A stretch of 48,149 bases of DNA. Source: Tubiluchus corallicola (Eukaryota; Animalia; Priapulida). Below are positions 20,901 through 34,097 of the stretch, piece by piece. The stretch spans positions 1 to 48,149 of the forward strand of contig JAQGDQ010000653.1 of assembly GCA_030141605.1 (NCBI GenBank), read 5' to 3'. The translations under genes and the position numbers were made by a program. The notes under the pieces are model-generated. The model saw only the letters and a program-made list of their open reading frames with translations, did not search any database and was not told where the DNA came from. Each line of letters starts with the position of its first letter. Positions within the stretch are counted from its first letter, which is position 1.

Positions 20901-23900
20901 TGGTTGTTCAGTTTGTTCAGGGAGGAAGCATATATGTCCTAACATGACTAAGCTACTGTTATTAGTTCAGTAACCTTACAGGTGTACCCTTGATTATGAA
21001 CCAGGTTCCAGTCTCGTCAAAAACATTAACGTTAAGTAGACCCTGCCACTTGGTGCTGAATTCTAAGCTTGCAATATGTCAAATAGCATTAAAAAACGGT
21101 TAGCACTAGCAAACTGATGCTGATGAATACTGAGTATCTAAAAAAGTCACATATGGATACAGAATGATAGCCAAAAACTTTATCATGAAAACAGTAAACT
21201 AGGGCTCCGCTACATCAAAAACATAACCACTGATTCTGGGTGTGCTTTTTAAAAATCGATGTGCGAAAGCCAAAAGGTGGCAACAGCCAAACATGTATGC
21301 ATGGCATAATAACACTGAGTTTAGAATGAATGCTAATAAAATGCAGTTAATTGCGCTTAAGAGAGCAAATAACGTAATTATCAGAAGTGGTCATTAAAAA
21401 AGGGGTGTCCAAAATTGTGTCTCAAGTAACCTGCAGTTTAATCCACCTATTTGACATTCGGGACGGTTTATGCATGTATGGTAACACATATTCACAGCTA
21501 AAGAATATAGTGTTGAGAATGCGTCAAACAAAATGATAAAAATTAATAACGTTTAAGGGAATTTATATTTCAGCATATAAGAAATGATTATTTGCTAACA
21601 TTACATGAGTTGTGATTTCAAGCAAATTATTAAGAACGAGTGTGGCAACGAAAGTTGCATGTAACTTTTTTACTACAGTGTACATTTGAATTAATGCATT
21701 TGGCTTCATTCTGCCTTTGAAGATACCTGCGTCTGGAAATTTTCAAGAGTGGACTAGTATAACAATCAGTTCATGAAAGATGGACAGTATCAAGAAGTCT
21801 AGAAAAAATGTATCTATCTATTCATTCATCTATTTCATAAAAATAAAGCTGAAGACTAGTGCTGGCACTACATACCAATACAGGCTAACAGGGAAAATGC
21901 TACAGTTACATGGGAATTTCGAAATGCTTCCCCAGCTGCCCTTGTTAAAGATCGGATTTGTGTTAGCAAGAGGTTCAGACATAAAAACACTTGCGATCAT
22001 TTCACATTTGGGCACTCCCATTTTGAACAACCATTCCTCCAACAACGGCATCGTTTATGAAAAAACTCTAAAGGTAAATGCTAACAGACTGCTTCTTTGG
22101 AAGAATAAACAAGGTAAAGTGCAGCTAAGTTGTTCATATCACGTGCACTTTATTTTCTAAGCCAGAAGTAGTACAACACAGTGTTCTCTCTAAAGTTCGG
22201 CCAAGCCAACTGAACAGGTAAAACTTTTCCATAAAGTGAAAGGAAGCCAGCAGTTGATTAAAGGTAAAGGTTATGCATACTAGTTCAAGGTTCGGTACAA
22301 TAATGAAAGTTTAAACTGTATACAGAGAAATAAACTAGTTTTATAACTGAAATTTAGCTGAAGTTCTTGTATGAGATTTTAATTTAATACTTAACGAGAG
22401 AATGTAATAATATAACTATCCAAAGGATGTATGCATGTGCAATAATGCTATTGATCATTCAAAGAATAAGTGCATGTACAATAATGCTACTGATAATAAT
22501 AATTATGATTAATTACAACAAACTAATAATTAATTAAGCAAAATGAAGGAATCGTGAGATTCACGACATCTTTTATTGCCTGAAGAAAAGCAGCACACCA
22601 GTTGTCCATTTGTATTAAAGCAGTAATAAATTTTTAGTAAAAAATAAGATATTTTTCCATGAAGATTAGGTTAGCCTTCTAACATTTTTTGCAAATATTG
22701 AAGTAAGCCTAACTTCACAGAATATTTTGCTTTTCCTTCAAGGTCAGGTGTCCCATAATGCAACAGTGTTTCATCAGTACTAGGGCTGTCTGTAGGGCAA
22801 TGTGTACCAATTTGGGGTCGGATGTACATGGTATCGGATGTACCCAGTGTCGGACGTACATTATAATCACTAGAATTTCTACTACATCATTATCACCTAA
22901 TGTCATGTATCCATGTTTATGTGTTGTAGACATGAAATACGCATTGCATTTTAAATTGTAGGGCAATTCCACCAATATGTCAACCCGAACACCAACATTT
23001 AGAAATTATTCTACAAAGTTGTTTGTGTTTTAATTACATACATAATGTCACCTAGTTTTGCAGAAAAATACTTTGTTTTCAAAATAAACACTTTTAGATT
23101 GAAATATAGCCTTGAATATAGTAGTCATAATCTGCACGTGAGACATGCAAATTTGATGCTGATTTCACTTTTTCATATTTTCATGTGAAAAACAGTCTGA
23201 AGTCATTCTCCTTATTAGTTCTTTAAGTCCACTACATAGACTTTTCAGTGTGTAAAGTGTTGCCTTGGATGGTTTCTCTTCTGCATGCTACTTGGGGAAA
23301 CCCGACCCTATCGTTGTGGTACGTCCGACAGCAAAAATTAACATTTATTGTTCTCACAACAACACGATTTGGTCCCAGTACCTAAGTTATTACAAATATC
23401 ATGACTCTCCCGATTTTGAATTTTTAATTTTGAGATTAAATTAGTGACAACTCCCTTTCTCCCAATTTGCCACCAATTGCTACCTCAATGTAAACATAGC
23501 GTAAAATGTGATTGCAGTGAGATAGAACTTCCCTTCCCTTTGCAGCAAATCCCACTGATGGTGTTAAACTTGTCTGGGAATGCAGCAGTTAGCACAAGGA
23601 GTATGGTGCGCCACTTCACTTAGCTGCCCTAATGCAAAGTGGCAAATTAAGGACAATATTCTGAGATTCACACGAGGCTTTTGGCTTATGAAGCCACTAA
23701 ATATCAGAACTTTTGCCCAGTTTATGACTCCAAGTTAATTAGCAATATGGCAAGCCCCTGACAATTTTTGAGTTTTAAGATATGTTATGAATCACAAGTA
23801 ATATTTTGATTGAAAGGTTCACATCTCAGTCTTTTTTCTGGTAACTTATTTACACATTAGAACAAAAAGCCATAAAGGTTTTCCTAAATTTTCTTTTCCA

Positions 23901-26107
23901 AGTTTAGAGTTTATAGTTTGGTTATACTACTTTGCATTTCGACATTACCAATCAGTCAATTTTGTGTGACTTTCAGGCTTTCTGTCACTAAGTCACTGAA
24001 TTTAAATGAACAAATCACTGGGTGCAGAATTTAAAATCGTTAGGGAGTCAACTTATTAAAAAGTGAATAGTTTTTACATTTATATACATTTTTTTGACCA
24101 GACAGTGAATAAAAATTGCATTTAATTTAATGCTGACACTAAATAAAATGAGTTTAATGAAACGCTAAATAAAACGAACGAGTTTAATGAAATATGTTAA
24201 TTATTCTTATTGGCTCTGCTCTCACTGTATTCCCCTATATTTTCTTTCACTGCACATAGACCACTTTCAATAGATAAGGGAACTTAGTTTAGAGATCACT
24301 CATCTGTCTCAAATGCAAAGAAACTATTATTACTATTACTATCATTATTATTCTACTGTAATTGTCAAGTGCTGTAGAAATGTCATTCATTTGAATGAAT
24401 GAGCTGCACCAGGATTTCATGCAAGGTTGACCAACACTTCAGCAGCTATTGGCCAACAGTTATTTATCTCTGCTTATTTCTAGTTTTTTATAACAAAATA
24501 ATACCGCATCAATAGTGTTTTATCTATATCCGGAAAATTAATCGTTTTGGTAAATTAATGGTTTTCAAGTAGACAAAAACTTGGTTGTACAATAGTTTCT
24601 CAAGTATTTTAGGTAAGCCATAGACAACAGAAATTGATGGAGGCCTACAATTTGTTGGTTCACCTGTAGGGCAACTGAATTTCAAATAGCTACAATCAAT
24701 TCACTACATTAGCTACAAAAGTTATAGATAAACTGGCCTAAAAACTGACTTATTATAAGTACATTTTTCATGTTTGAGGCAGTCTGTGTACCAGAATTCA
24801 GATCTCATTTGAAGCTCCCAAAATACTCTCAAATACAGGAAAATACACAAAAAACCACGCCCTGCTGGGGGAGCTTACAGCGCTCTTCCAGACCCCATAG
24901 CTGGTTGCATGCACTGTTCAACCACCCATGCACACCCACTGCATGTAAGCTTTTTTAACAAAAAACCAATTTTCAGGTACATGGATGCATTATAGTTTTA
25001 ATTACTTCTAGGATTATAATTAGTTCGTTTTTATGGTATAACAGGACAATTTAAAAAGTTAGTATAGGATTTTTGGGCTTTCACTAAAGGTAAGGATTAA
25101 TCAAAGAGCTCTGAAATCCTCACTAAATATTCTGAAAATGTATAAGCGTATGAGAAAGGACATGATACAAACTTTTAGGATTCTACATACAACAACAACA
25201 ACAGAGATGAAGGCAATCATACAAACTACTCAAGCATCGTAACCAGGGCAGTTGGCCCAGAAAGTCAGCATGTATTTTCATTCAGGGTTGTCGATCCATG
25301 GAACAGGCTCTCAGCAAAAATAGCTGAGGCAACAAACATTGAGCAATTTAAAGCATGGCTTGACAAGCACTGGCAGCAGAATCCATCAAAATTCATAGAT
25401 CCCATGTTAACTCAATGAGATCAAAATCTTCTGATTTCATGACCTCGCTCTATCTGCACTGGTACCACTATATTTAACATCTCAGTTACAGCAAGTTTAG
25501 TATAGTGGAGGGGCAAATAGCGCAAATGCTAATATTATGGACAACTTATAGCAGTATTAAAAAATCGAGAAAAGCTGCTTGTTTTCACGAAATATTTTAT
25601 CAAACACTAAATTTCTGAATATTTACTTTTAAATATTGATACTTAGTGTGCACCTGCAACAACATGATTATAATGCTTTTAGTTTTACTATTTTAGGGTA
25701 AAGATGTTGGAAATTTTGGAATAGATGATAATGATTCAACATTGGAAACCGTGCAGAACTGCTCAATTAGGAATTCTGCTATGACTTTGTGAAATTGTTT
25801 ACATTATCTATGTTCCCACTGGTTATCTCGCTAAGTGAAGTCTAAGAGACTACAGACTGTTGAGCCTAGAAGTAATTTATATTTAAAAATCTGCGTAAAC
25901 TCAAACGAGTGCGAGTGACTAATCTCGGAGAAATTGTACATTAGCAACCAGTTTAATAAAAAAAATCAAATCAAATCCAGTTCAATGTGGAAATGGTCAC
26001 TTCAGGAAGTCCTTACCAGAAAATCCGCGTTTTGGAATATATTTCATATAAGGTATTTCAGTGAAACCGCCTCGAGGAGGCAAATCTTGTTTATAAGGAG
26101 TTGCCAT
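14805..26107 (-). CDS. NDUFA13: NADH:ubiquinone oxidoreductase subunit A13 (GRIM-19/B16.6), 5 coding exons, 149 aa
   Basis: Exons 26107-26017, 20614-20536, 18391-18320, 16601-16528, 14938-14805 (91+79+72+74+134=450 nt), all GT-AG and phase-compatible. Protein: MATPYKQDLPPRGGFTEIPYMKYIPKRGFSGYVTFGIYIAVTATGFYIYGINWRRLQKDKLEQNDGRLAMYPFHLAERHRSVLKTCYRNRETERELMKNVEGWEVGTLWGEELYQTIGDDYWLEPKIQTLWTHTSPRKMTERGQFAFML. KQD(M/L)PPxGG, the single TM helix, RxAxxPxxxAE and LMKxVxGWxVG are GRIM-19 family hallmarks. Confidence 0.96.
16528..16601 (-). CDS. NDUFA13: NDUFA13 coding exon 4
   Basis: TTGCAG| ... |GTAAGT; VLKTCYRNRETERELMKNVEGWEVG. Confidence 0.93.
16838..16960 (-). mobile_element. Extreme 3'-end fragment of an L2/Crack-like LINE (or SINE sharing its tail)
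   Basis: (AATTG)n-type tail plus AATAAA on the minus strand, and a stem-loop homologous to 5816-5865. Confidence 0.65.
16991..17096. repeat. Imperfect palindrome / small fold-back element in NDUFA13 intron 3
   Basis: Arms CTACCTACTACAAGGTCACAGCTT (17013-17036) and AAGCTGTGACGTTGTAGTAGTAGGTAG (17048-17074); outer TAACC...GGTTA. Confidence 0.8.
18320..18391 (-). CDS. NDUFA13: NDUFA13 coding exon 3
   Basis: TTTTAG| ... |GTAAGT; KDKLEQNDGRLAMYPFHLAERHRS. Confidence 0.93.
20536..20614 (-). CDS. NDUFA13: NDUFA13 coding exon 2 (transmembrane helix)
   Basis: TTCAG| ... |GTAAGT; YVTFGIYIAVTATGFYIYGINWRRLQ. Confidence 0.93.
24791..24905 (+). repeat. Dispersed repeat homologous to the internal part of the 12668-13521 element
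   Basis: AGATCTCATTTGA..CAAAAT..AAATACAGGAAAAT..GCTGGGGGAGCTTACAGCGCTC matches ~13371-13482. Confidence 0.85.
25137..25400 (+). mobile_element. CR1-type LINE ORF2 3' relic
   Basis: Translates to RMRKDMIQTFRIL ... FSFRVVDPWNRLSAKIAEATNIEQFKAWLDKHW, the typical CR1 C-terminus (RGDMIxxYKI..FFSxRVVxxWNxLP..FKxxLD). Confidence 0.8.
26017..26107 (-). CDS. NDUFA13: NDUFA13 coding exon 1
   Basis: ATG at 26107; MATPYKQDLPPRGGFTEIPYMKYIPKRGFS-G; donor G|GTAAGG. Confidence 0.95.
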
Positions 26108-27329
26108 ACTAGTGGCGAAACCTTTAGCGATCATTTGACGCACCTCGTAGTTTGCACACGTTTACTTACAAACGGATTCAGTTGAGCTTATTTTAGAGGC
26201 TCCGTGACCTTCAAAACTTCACAAGCCTACGGTTTTTTTTAATAAAATTCTCTTCTCGGTTAAGGAATTACAGCTGAAGCGAAAAGGCTCTATGTCAGTC
26301 ACTGAAATAAATAGGCGCTCATTTTGAAAACGGAATTTCAACAAAAGTTCTACGAATCCAATTTAACCAATAATCAGTCAATCGTAGGAAGTTAAATTAT
26401 TCCGTATTATAACTAATAATTTAGCTGCCCCTTCTTCATTGCACAAACCACTACTTCCTAATTTCAATGAGTAATAATTTATTACAAAAATACCTTACAA
26501 CAAACTACTTGCTGACTTAAAGATAAGTAAAATTGATGTCAGAATTAATAAATCCAAAAATAAGTAAAAACTTTAATGATTGATATAATAATACAGAACA
26601 AATTTATTTCACTTAATATTTACCTTTACAATCACATAAAACATAAAAATATGTTAAATAGTGTGAGGAAAAGGAACGACCATACACTCTTTTCACCCTA
26701 CCTTTTTTGTTACTCTATATAATCTTGCTAAGTTTTCATTCAGATGTAAATTTAGTATTTAGAATCCTCAGTAAGCAGTTAACGTAAAATAATTTCAACT
26801 TTTTCTACTACGAAAATACAAGAAGAAAGCGAGGCAGTGCAGCTTCTACAGGACAAAAAATAAATTCTGTAGAAAAAGTAACAGTTTGTCGTTAATGCTG
26901 TTTGCAGGATGCCAGATTGTGGCTTACTTCATTAGTCAGGCAATAATGGTTACTAAAAATAACAAATCTAATGCAAACTTGTTTTTAGCTGCATAAAGAA
27001 GTTAAAAATATAATTGAAATCACTGTCAAGTTTGTGAATTCTGCATAATTATTAGCGTTGGCGCACGACATGATACATTAAAAGCGCCTGATTAGAGTAG
27101 AATTTTGCTAAATATCATTGCCGAGCAAATAATATAGCAATTAAAACGATGTGATTTTAGTGCTCAAGAATGAAATTATTAATTATGATGTTGTTTTACA
27201 TGTACTCATGTTTACTCAGTTTTGGATTGGCAACAAATACAATCATAATTGTTAATGAAACAAAGTATCGAAGCAACAATGAGTTTTCCGTCTGTAACTG
27301 GCTTGAAGCAGTAAGTGGGATGAGCTTCT

Positions 27330-28200
27330 CCATGGAGTGAGCTTCTTCAGTTTCCTAACCTAAGGTTCTTCTAACATTACGAGTTTCCATTCTTATATCC
27401 ATATGATTTTGGTTCATTCAGATTTCTATGACAGTACACCTGGAACATATTTTGCGCATTTTGGATTCTCAATTTTCACAGGCTGGTTAATTAAGAGTGC
27501 CTAGAGGTTTTTTGCTCGTTCATCATGATTGCTTTTGATCATCTTGCTTCCCTTTACATCGTCGTCAAAAAATTACTTGATTTAAACAGATAAGTTTGAC
27601 TTCAGTTTTCTAATGTACGACAATTATTTTTCCGACGTTATTAACTTATGTGGTAGTGGTGCACATCTGAAGCAAAATAGTGCTGGTTTCTATAGGTGAG
27701 CTTTTGTCCTTTTTCACTGAGAAGTCATTTTTAACAGTTTGCATTTTGTGCATACATCGTGGAAAAAGTTATGTGGTTGAACAGCAAATGAATCCCCATT
27801 TTTCTTTTTTTGTGCGATATGCCTGCCTTATTGTCTGGAAGTCCACTGGAAGTCTCTAGGTAGTGAGGATCAATGTCACTGTGAAAATTATCTAAAATCC
27901 CTTGCTCTGCAAGCACTTGCTTCGTGATTGTAACTACTGTTGCGATAGTATTCTTACCATTTACCATTTTTACCAATTTTTCTTTTTAACTTTTTACCAC
28001 TCAGGCTGAACAAGTCCCACGATGTGCCATGGACTAACCAAGGTAATAGAGTTGCATCTCCTAGGCACTTTTGGATTCTCTTGGACATAATCCACAGGAT
28101 TTGACTATTTCGTCGAACAATTTGTTTGTGGTTGCAAAAAACATGTTTTCGTGAGTAATTTGCATTTTTGCTGACGTGGAGTGAATTCTATGGCGCAATC
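27330..28200 (-). mobile_element. Highly degraded Ty3/Gypsy integrase relic
   Basis: Fragments in shifting frames, in integrase order: KCKLLTKT..DEIVKSCGLC (Zn finger CxxC), PWHIVG, KQVLAEQGILDNFHSDIDPHY (cf. FAxxGIPxxxxSDNGPQY), FNHITFSTMYAQNAN (cf. HITSSPxYPQSNG). No LTRs recognised. Confidence 0.62.
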
Positions 28201-28734
28201 ATAACTTTCTTCTTGTGTTAGACGATTTCTGTAACTTAAGAAACGTTGTCAGAGGAAAATGGCTGCTGATGTGTTCGCAGTCATTTGAACTAATAACTTC
28301 ATATTTGAAGCTGGAACATTATAAGCATTTTTCAAAGCTGGTGCCAAATCTTTTGTTAGAAGGTTTTGCTAAGCTTATTTTGCTTTATTGTGACTTGTCG
28401 TTTTGTGTGCAGATGTCATCACGTTGTGTATTATTATTACTGCTACTGTTAGAGCGCTAGTGTCACCATCTACTAAAATTATTATTGAACCTGACAGAAG
28501 CTCACATACCTTTAATACAATTACTGGGTCTTGTGAGTTGGACAAAGCCAAAGTAACTGCATGCCGTGCCATGGAAAATGTGAAAAACCTTCCAAGTTGC
28601 AACTGACTATGACCCAGTAACTCCAGCAAGTGCAGTCAAGATATTTACACAAGTAATAAAACTGTTAAGCTCTTGATATGTTTGATTCTTATGGCGCGTT
28701 TTCTGTCGCGAGACAATCGAGTTTTTTAATGCAA

Positions 28735-28987
28735 GTTCTGTCTCTGGTAGCAAACTCGCAAGTGTGAACTGCTTTGCAAGTTATTGTCGGCAAGTTATTG
28801 TAAACTCTCCGACCGTTGCCGCGAGTTACTCTCTAGTGTGAATGCCTCGGCGAGTCATACAACTCACGCTCACCCGTCGGCGAGTAACTAGCAGGAAATT
28901 TTATTTTCTAGTCTGAACACGTTGCTTGACGAGTTACTTGACGAATTTGCTTGGCGAGAAAATTCGCAAGTCAGAAGGCACAGTTAA
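28735..28987. repeat. Subterminal-repeat-rich MITE-like fragment (possibly PIF/Harbinger)
   Basis: Recurrent (A/T)AGT(G/C)TGAA and GCGAGT/ACTCGC motifs, ending ...GAAGGCACAGTTAA; no partner TIR found. Confidence 0.35.
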
Positions 28988-30897
28988 GAGGTACTGTATC
29001 CTCGTACACAGAACTGAACAAGGTGTTTGTATTTCGAGTGTCTTTGAGCAACTGTGGACCAACCACGAGTTAGCAATGTAGAATCAGATTAAATGACTGT
29101 ATTTTTCACTGCACTCTTACTTGTCCTGTCCATACTTATATTTTTTGCTAACGCAATCTTCGATTATGGATTGCTGTGATTCGTACTAAATTTGGTTAAA
29201 AGTCAATTTTGTATTAGCGAGTTTATTAATTTGGAAAATTTACTTCAGTGCGTTTTAAATAACTCAGTTTAGGATACGACTTAGAGGATGCCAGTACACA
29301 ACGTCTGGCACGCCAGTACACAGTAGTTTGGCTCGCCAGCTACCACAAAGAGCAGCCTATTTTGCGATATATTTGGCAGATATCAGAATCTGATAACTTG
29401 TCTTTTTCCTTGTCCTGATATATTAGTATTTCTAAAAGCCTAACCGTAGTACGATAGGTCATCATAAGGATGACTTCAACAACATCAACAAGAAATTGTA
29501 TAACACAGAGCTTATAATAAAGGCTAGTGAAATTTTGTTGTAACAAAACACTGAGAAATAAATTAATAGTCTATTACAACGGTACCGAAACCAGAAATTT
29601 TCTACAGAATTGGTTCTGTTGAAAGGATTTTTAAAATTGTCCGTTCAAATATGAGCTGTGAAATATAGGGTGCAAATTTGCAGAACAGTGTACGTTGCAA
29701 TTGAGTATGTTCTAATTTTCTTTTATATTTTTACGTGTTTTGGCCGCGAAGGTGTATAGGCACGAAAATGTCACGCCAAGCATGGGTGCCGTTTCCATAC
29801 GTCAGTGTTATGAAAGATTTAGGCCCGTGCCCACAGAGAAAGGCGTAAGGAGCAAGCCATAATCCATAATGCGTTATCCATAAGGTGTCTTCCATCTTCC
29901 GAAAGGCGTATGTAATAACCAGCTGTGCATTCCTTACTTTGTAACACATACTCTGCCTATACATGTAAGGCGCTTTGCTATAATACGTTTAGGCAACGCA
30001 CATACCTAATTGTAATATTAGTGAAATTGCTTTTTCGTGTTTATGAGGCCATTTTGCTATGAATTCCTATGGCATAAATGAATTGTACACTATAAAAACC
30101 ACAAATACGCTAATTATCCCGTTAACGAGATGCCTTATGGCAAATGAAATTAATGGCCAAATTCATTTCGCAACAAGGTGACTTATGAACCGTTTAAAAC
30201 GGTTTGCAAAGGGGCTGACGGCTTACGCTTTACGGATTATGTCCAGCTCTGTGTGACACGGGCCGTATAATGTCGTTGTTATAACTTACAAGGTTGCAAT
30301 TGGTTTACAGAACTACTAACAGTGTAAGGAGTGTAAAACAAACATAAACTCTATAGAATTCTGAAAAGTTATAGTTCGTTCACTTTTAATTTTATCATTG
30401 CTTATTGCAGGTTAACAATTGTCAATAATGAAAATCGCTAGTCTCATTATACAGGCCAAATGAATGAATAAAAATCTATCAACTGCTTCAACTTTTTCCT
30501 CTAATCAGCAAAATTTTATTATGAACGGTTACAAATCAAACAGTGACATGAAGAGTAAGAAGATTAAATTAAGCGCTAAATGATGAAATGGCAAGAAAAA
30601 TTGCTTGCAATTTGACATGATTTTTCGCTCATGCACCCTTCGTGTAGATTACCCCTTAAGACTACGTTATAATAGTTATAAAAATTATATTGCCATAAAA
30701 GACATATGGCTATATGCATAGATATATATATATATATAAATAATTGAAGCCAATGGTTTCTTGCAGAAAATTATATACTAACAACGACTTACAATGTGTG
30801 AAGCCAGACTAACCCGACAGTTTTGTAGTGCAGGCCCATTTCATATATTTTGCGTAATATAAATAAGTGAAAAGATGAGGATAATAACGGACAGACT

Positions 30898-33673
30898 TCA
30901 AACATAGCTGGGTCTACATAAACAACAAAACGATGTACAATGGTCAAACAAACTGCTCTTTCGACGTGTTTTCTTCAATCCGTTCTCGATTGAGACATCA
31001 CCTGAAAATAGTCAATAGGTAATGGTATTATTTAACTCACAGAAACTACAATATCAACAACAATAACAGCAAATATACTAATAGTGACGACAGTGACATG
31101 ACCACTTGTCACGATAACAGCTAAAAAGCTTAAAAAAGGAATAATTCACCTAGGGAAAGGAAACTTAACAGTGTTATTGCTCTATCACTCATCGATTAGC
31201 TGACCAATAGTTAGTGAAATTGAAAAAGTCGAGAAAGTTGACGACGTATATACCACCCTTGTTGGAAAAATCTATTGCATTTTGCAATTGTATGAACTAC
31301 GTGTTTCAAATAGAATTTCTGATCGAGGGCTGACGGAAAAGGCCAAACGCTAGGTGCATTTGCAATGGATTGTCATTAAACTTCTCATACACATACTAAA
31401 ATATATTCTTCATCGACTGACGAAATCGGATTTCTGATTTACGACCTTGAATTCAAGTTGGTGATTTTCAAAAAAAAAACTATATGCACCATGATTTTGA
31501 AGCCGTCATGAAACAGGGAATATTTGAACAAATTTCACATCTATTAGACAGAATCAGATTTTTGATTTTCAGTTTAGCTAGTCCCTCGGTCAATGATAGC
31601 TATTTTTATTTTAAACATAATTCTAGTACGCGGCTCGTATCAGAAGGTTTAAATCATTTAAATTTAACAAATATTAGTAAATAAACATAAACAATGTTTT
31701 TAAACTTATTATAGTTATACTTTGTATGAATAGAAACGAAAAGCAGATAACGAATAGTTATATGATTAGCGTGTGCACTAAATTAGTTCATCAAAAAACA
31801 TGAATTTTCAGTATAAATTAAACAATTCCAGTAATTATTATTTAAAACTTCTCGATTCAGTTATAAACATCTGTTCATAATCAAGTATTTTACAGTTATC
31901 TGCAGTTTTCATCCTCATTAAATAGTAAAATTATAATATTCCTCACTGGCAAATTTCTAATGCTATTTTTACCATATAAAGCATTAAACTTGCACCGACC
32001 AACCGATAATAGTTCGTATCGATCTTGTTAATCAATCGTTGAGAACTAAGTGTCTGTGGGTGCCAACTGCTGCTTCACAGACTCACAACCGCAGTTTGAT
32101 TTTTTGTTGTGACGTTGGGCTTGAGAGTTATAGATATTAGGCAGCGGCGGATTATGATTTTATGGCCCTTAGGTTTGAGCTTGGAACGGGCCTTTTAAAT
32201 GTTGCTACACTGCTGAGCTGACGTGTTTTTGTGGAGCTCTCGTCGAAATTATAACTGACGTTGCCCCCAGAAAAATTCGGAAACTGAAATTTTGAACTTG
32301 AACTTAAACTGTGTAAACGTGAATTGTGTAAACTTAAATTGTGTAAACTTGAATTGTGTAAACCCGATTTGAAATATAGTGACTGACTTTTGAAAAAAAA
32401 ACTTTTTTCTATATTTTATTTTGGCGGGCCCCTTGCTCTTTTGTCAATTTATTTTTTTTACAAAAAAAATTTTTTCGTTTTATTTTGCCGGGCCCCTTTT
32501 GATCCCGGGCCTTAGGCTTCAGCCTATTCAGCCTATAGGGCTATCCGCTACAGATATTAGGGCTTGAGAGTTATTTACAACTAACACCTTCTGTGTGTAC
32601 TGTACGTGTACTTGATCAAGAAATAATAACTGGCAATGTAAAGCGAAGAGTAAGCGCATACTTCAAAGCAACAATCTTACAGTCCAGGGGACACGGGAGA
32701 GGATCTCCCCCTCTAATTGCAACAGAAATGTTTTAAACTGATCTATTCTCACGAATACCTTCTTAATGACGTATGAAATGCCCAAGAAACCCAAGTCGTG
32801 GAAAGTGCTAAGAATGCTGAAGTTTGATGACGTCATAACTCACCATTGCCGCTTAGGTAAAATTATATAAAAACTAATGTCAAATTCGTATTCAGCACTC
32901 TGATATACCACCTTTCCGATATTTGCAGGCTAATATGGCCAGTTGTGGGGCGTATCCTCCAACCAGACCCGAAACACTCAAAAATGACTAATAGGGGGAA
33001 AAGTAGGGAATCTTCTAAAAAGGACACCCCTCTAAATAAATTCTCCGAATTTTTTTGTCCCAGAATAAACTTTTAAAGTTTGGTGCCCAACCTAATTTTC
33101 GGGAATTTGCAGCTGTATATATTTTTTATCTAAACAGGTGAGTTATGACGGCATCAGTTTTTGTCATTTAAAGTACTTTACGAGACTTGGGTTTTTGGGG
33201 ATTTTTCATGTATGTTATTAAGAAGGGGTTCCTGAGAGTAGAGCAATTGAAAACCTTTTTTGTTGCAATTAGTGATAGGTCTTGTTGTATATTTACTGGA
33301 CTACCTGGTGTTTATCAAAACATTGTTACCTTCAGCATCCAGTTGATTAAACGTATCTGGTATTGCTATCCCATTCAGCATATCATTAATCCAGTTTTCC
33401 ACATCTGTTGCATCTCTGCAAAGAAGCAAAGTACCATCATATGAGCAGATTCTATTTAAGCTAACGTTGCACAATTGTGGTAAGAGGCTAATAAAAGATT
33501 TATAAAGCACACATGTTTTGTGTATGGGCAATATAAAACGTTTTTTCTACATAAAAATTTTGCTCACCTTCCTATAGACACAAGTTCTGCACTCACATCT
33601 GGTGACAAATGCTCCATATTTGGCTGAGAAGAATTTTCGCCTGATAACAATGTAGATTTGGAAAACGAAGCTC
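30898..33673 (-). CDS. Tentative C-terminal exons of an unrecognised spliced gene
   Basis: Exons 33673-33568, 33415-33330 and 31001-30898 have AG/GT boundaries with matching phases (1-2, 2-1, 1-stop), giving ...ASFSKSTLLSGENSSQPNMEHLSPDVSAELVSIGRDATDVENWINDMLNGIAIPDTFNQLDAEGDVSIENGLKKTRRKSSLFDHCTSFCCLCRPSYV*. No family recognised. Possible upstream exon 39346-39207. Confidence 0.5.
32142..32553. mobile_element. hAT-type MITE (412 bp) with 8-bp TSD
   Basis: Imperfect TIRs CAGCGGCGGATT / TATCCGCTACAG; ATATTAGG duplicated at 32134-32141 and 32554-32561; internal 15-bp tandem AAACTTGAATTGTGT-type repeats ~32295-32362. Confidence 0.82.
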
Positions 33674-34097
33674 CTGTTATAGAAATTAATTAATTCAAAG
33701 TTAACATTTTTTTTCTGATAATGATGAAATTTTAGGCCGTTTGTGCACTAAACGTAGTGATTTTTCCTATCAAATTCATCACTGTCATTAACATTATCAT
33801 GATCATCACCTCATGATATCGTCATCACCGTCATTACCATCATCATCGTCATCGTAGTCAATGCAGTCACCGTTAGCATCATTTTCAATATCATCATCAC
33901 CATTGCCATCACTATCATTTTCAAGGTGAGTGAACAACTTGAAAACTGTAAAGCGGTGACTTGTGTCTGGTGGTATTAGAATTAATTAGAATTATAATTT
34001 ATTTTCTCGCCCTTGTTACATTATGATAGAACACAATAAAGTAAGAATAAAGAGAAAAAGTTCCTATTATCAACAGGTTCTGCGATTTCAGTATATT

